Position numbers and translations under genes: made by a program. This document shows positions 55,124-55,724 of a DNA stretch of 55,724 bases, in pieces. The stretch is from Alicyclobacillus sp. (lineage in GTDB: Bacteria > Bacillota > Bacilli > Alicyclobacillales > Alicyclobacillaceae), in NCBI GenBank assembly GCA_023512635.1, contig JAILZF010000001.1, forward strand, positions 1 through 55,724. Reading direction: 5' to 3'. The notes under the pieces were generated by a model. That model searched no databases. It was not told where the DNA came from and was given only the letters and a program-made list of their open reading frames with translations. Numbering within the stretch: the first letter of the stretch is position 1; every line of letters begins with the position of its first letter.

Positions 55124-55724
55124 TCATCGCCACTCCTCGGGGCTGATCCGGTAAGCGAGGATCTTCCGGTACAGCGTCTTGGGATCGATGGCCAGCAGGG
55201 CGGCCGCCTTGCCGCGGTGGCCGCCCACCCGTCGCAGGGTGGCCACGATGTGGGCGCGCTCCATCGCCTCCAGCGTCCCGCCGGTCGGCGTCGTCCAGCC
55301 GGCGGCGGCGCCGGCAACGTCGGGCGGCAGATCCTCGACCCCGATCTCGTCGCCGCGGGCCAGGATGGTCGCCCGCTCGATGGCGTGCTGCAGCTCGCGG
55401 ACGTTGCCGGGCCAGGCGTAGCGCTCCAGCGCCTCCAGCGCCGCCGGCGACAGTCGCCGCACGCCGTAGGCGGCATAGGCGTCGAGGAAGTGACGGGCCA
55501 GCAGTGCGATGTCCTCCCGGCGCTCCCGCAGCGGCGGCAGCGCCACGGTGATCGTGTTGATCCGGTAGTAGAGGTCCGGCCGGAACTGGCCCGCCTTCAT
55601 GGCCTCGCCCAGGTCCCGGTTGGTGGCCGCCACCACCCGCACGTCCACCCGCCGGGGCCGGGTGCCGCCCACCCGGAAGAACGTGCCCGTCTCCAGCACG
55701 CGCAGGAGCTTCACCTGGCTGTCC
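55124..55724 (-). CDS. sigma-54-dependent transcriptional activator (3' part; 5' end lies beyond the window)
   Basis: End of an AAA+ domain (QVKLLRVLETGTFFRVGG, VRVVAATNRDL, FRPDLYYRIN, LPPLRERREDI), then a Fis-type HTH (AAALLAIDPKTLYRKI). The reading frame is open to the window edge. Confidence 0.85.
   Translation of the reverse strand, partial: DSQVKLLRVLETGTFFRVGGTRPRRVDVRVVAATNRDLGEAMKAGQFRPDLYYRINTITVALPPLRERREDIALLARHFLDAYAAYGVRRLSPAALEALERYAWPGNVRELQHAIERATILARGDEIGVEDLPPDVAGAAAGWTTPTGGTLEAMERAHIVATLRRVGGHRGKAAALLAIDPKTLYRKILAYRISPEEWR

Overview
High-GC, Bacillales-like chromosomal window from an apparent endospore former (SleB-type hydrolase, two YheC/YheD-type genes). All calls rest on reading the translated ORFs, motifs and hand-folded hairpins; no homology or covariance searches were run.

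**Left and centre (1 to about 52.36 kb).** This is mostly housekeeping and recalls the B. subtilis yrr/yrv region:
- PBP, mltG, ruvX, a UPF0297 gene and alaS with an Ala T-box leader.
- An AI-2E transporter, tandem crcB genes, and rarA-cymR-iscS.
- hisS-aspS with a T-box-like leader, followed by a candidate 6S RNA.
- selA, hemL, trxA and a CaCA exchanger.
- A five-gene membrane/ABC/HlyD cluster.
- panD and panE, each divergently paired with a YheC/D-type ATP-grasp gene.
- gtrA, queF, an rsmF-like gene, a DUF2089/DUF4097 operon, a class-V aminotransferase plus SDR, ppiB, moeA, pckA, DUF309, an MFS transporter and addA.

**Most notable observation.** An abrupt codon-usage (GC3) break sits at about 52.36 kb. 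It removes the 5' third of addB and joins it in frame to an unrelated N-terminus resembling a signal peptide plus TPR.

**Right of the break (about 52.36-55.7 kb).** The segment is compositionally different. It carries a DUF169::MtaA/UroD-family fusion gene with an intact HxC...C zinc motif, an RRM-type RNA-binding protein, and the 3' part of a sigma-54 enhancer-binding protein.

No CRISPR array, tRNA, rRNA, transposase or integrase was recognised. Many long ORFs in the track are antisense artefacts of the high GC content.
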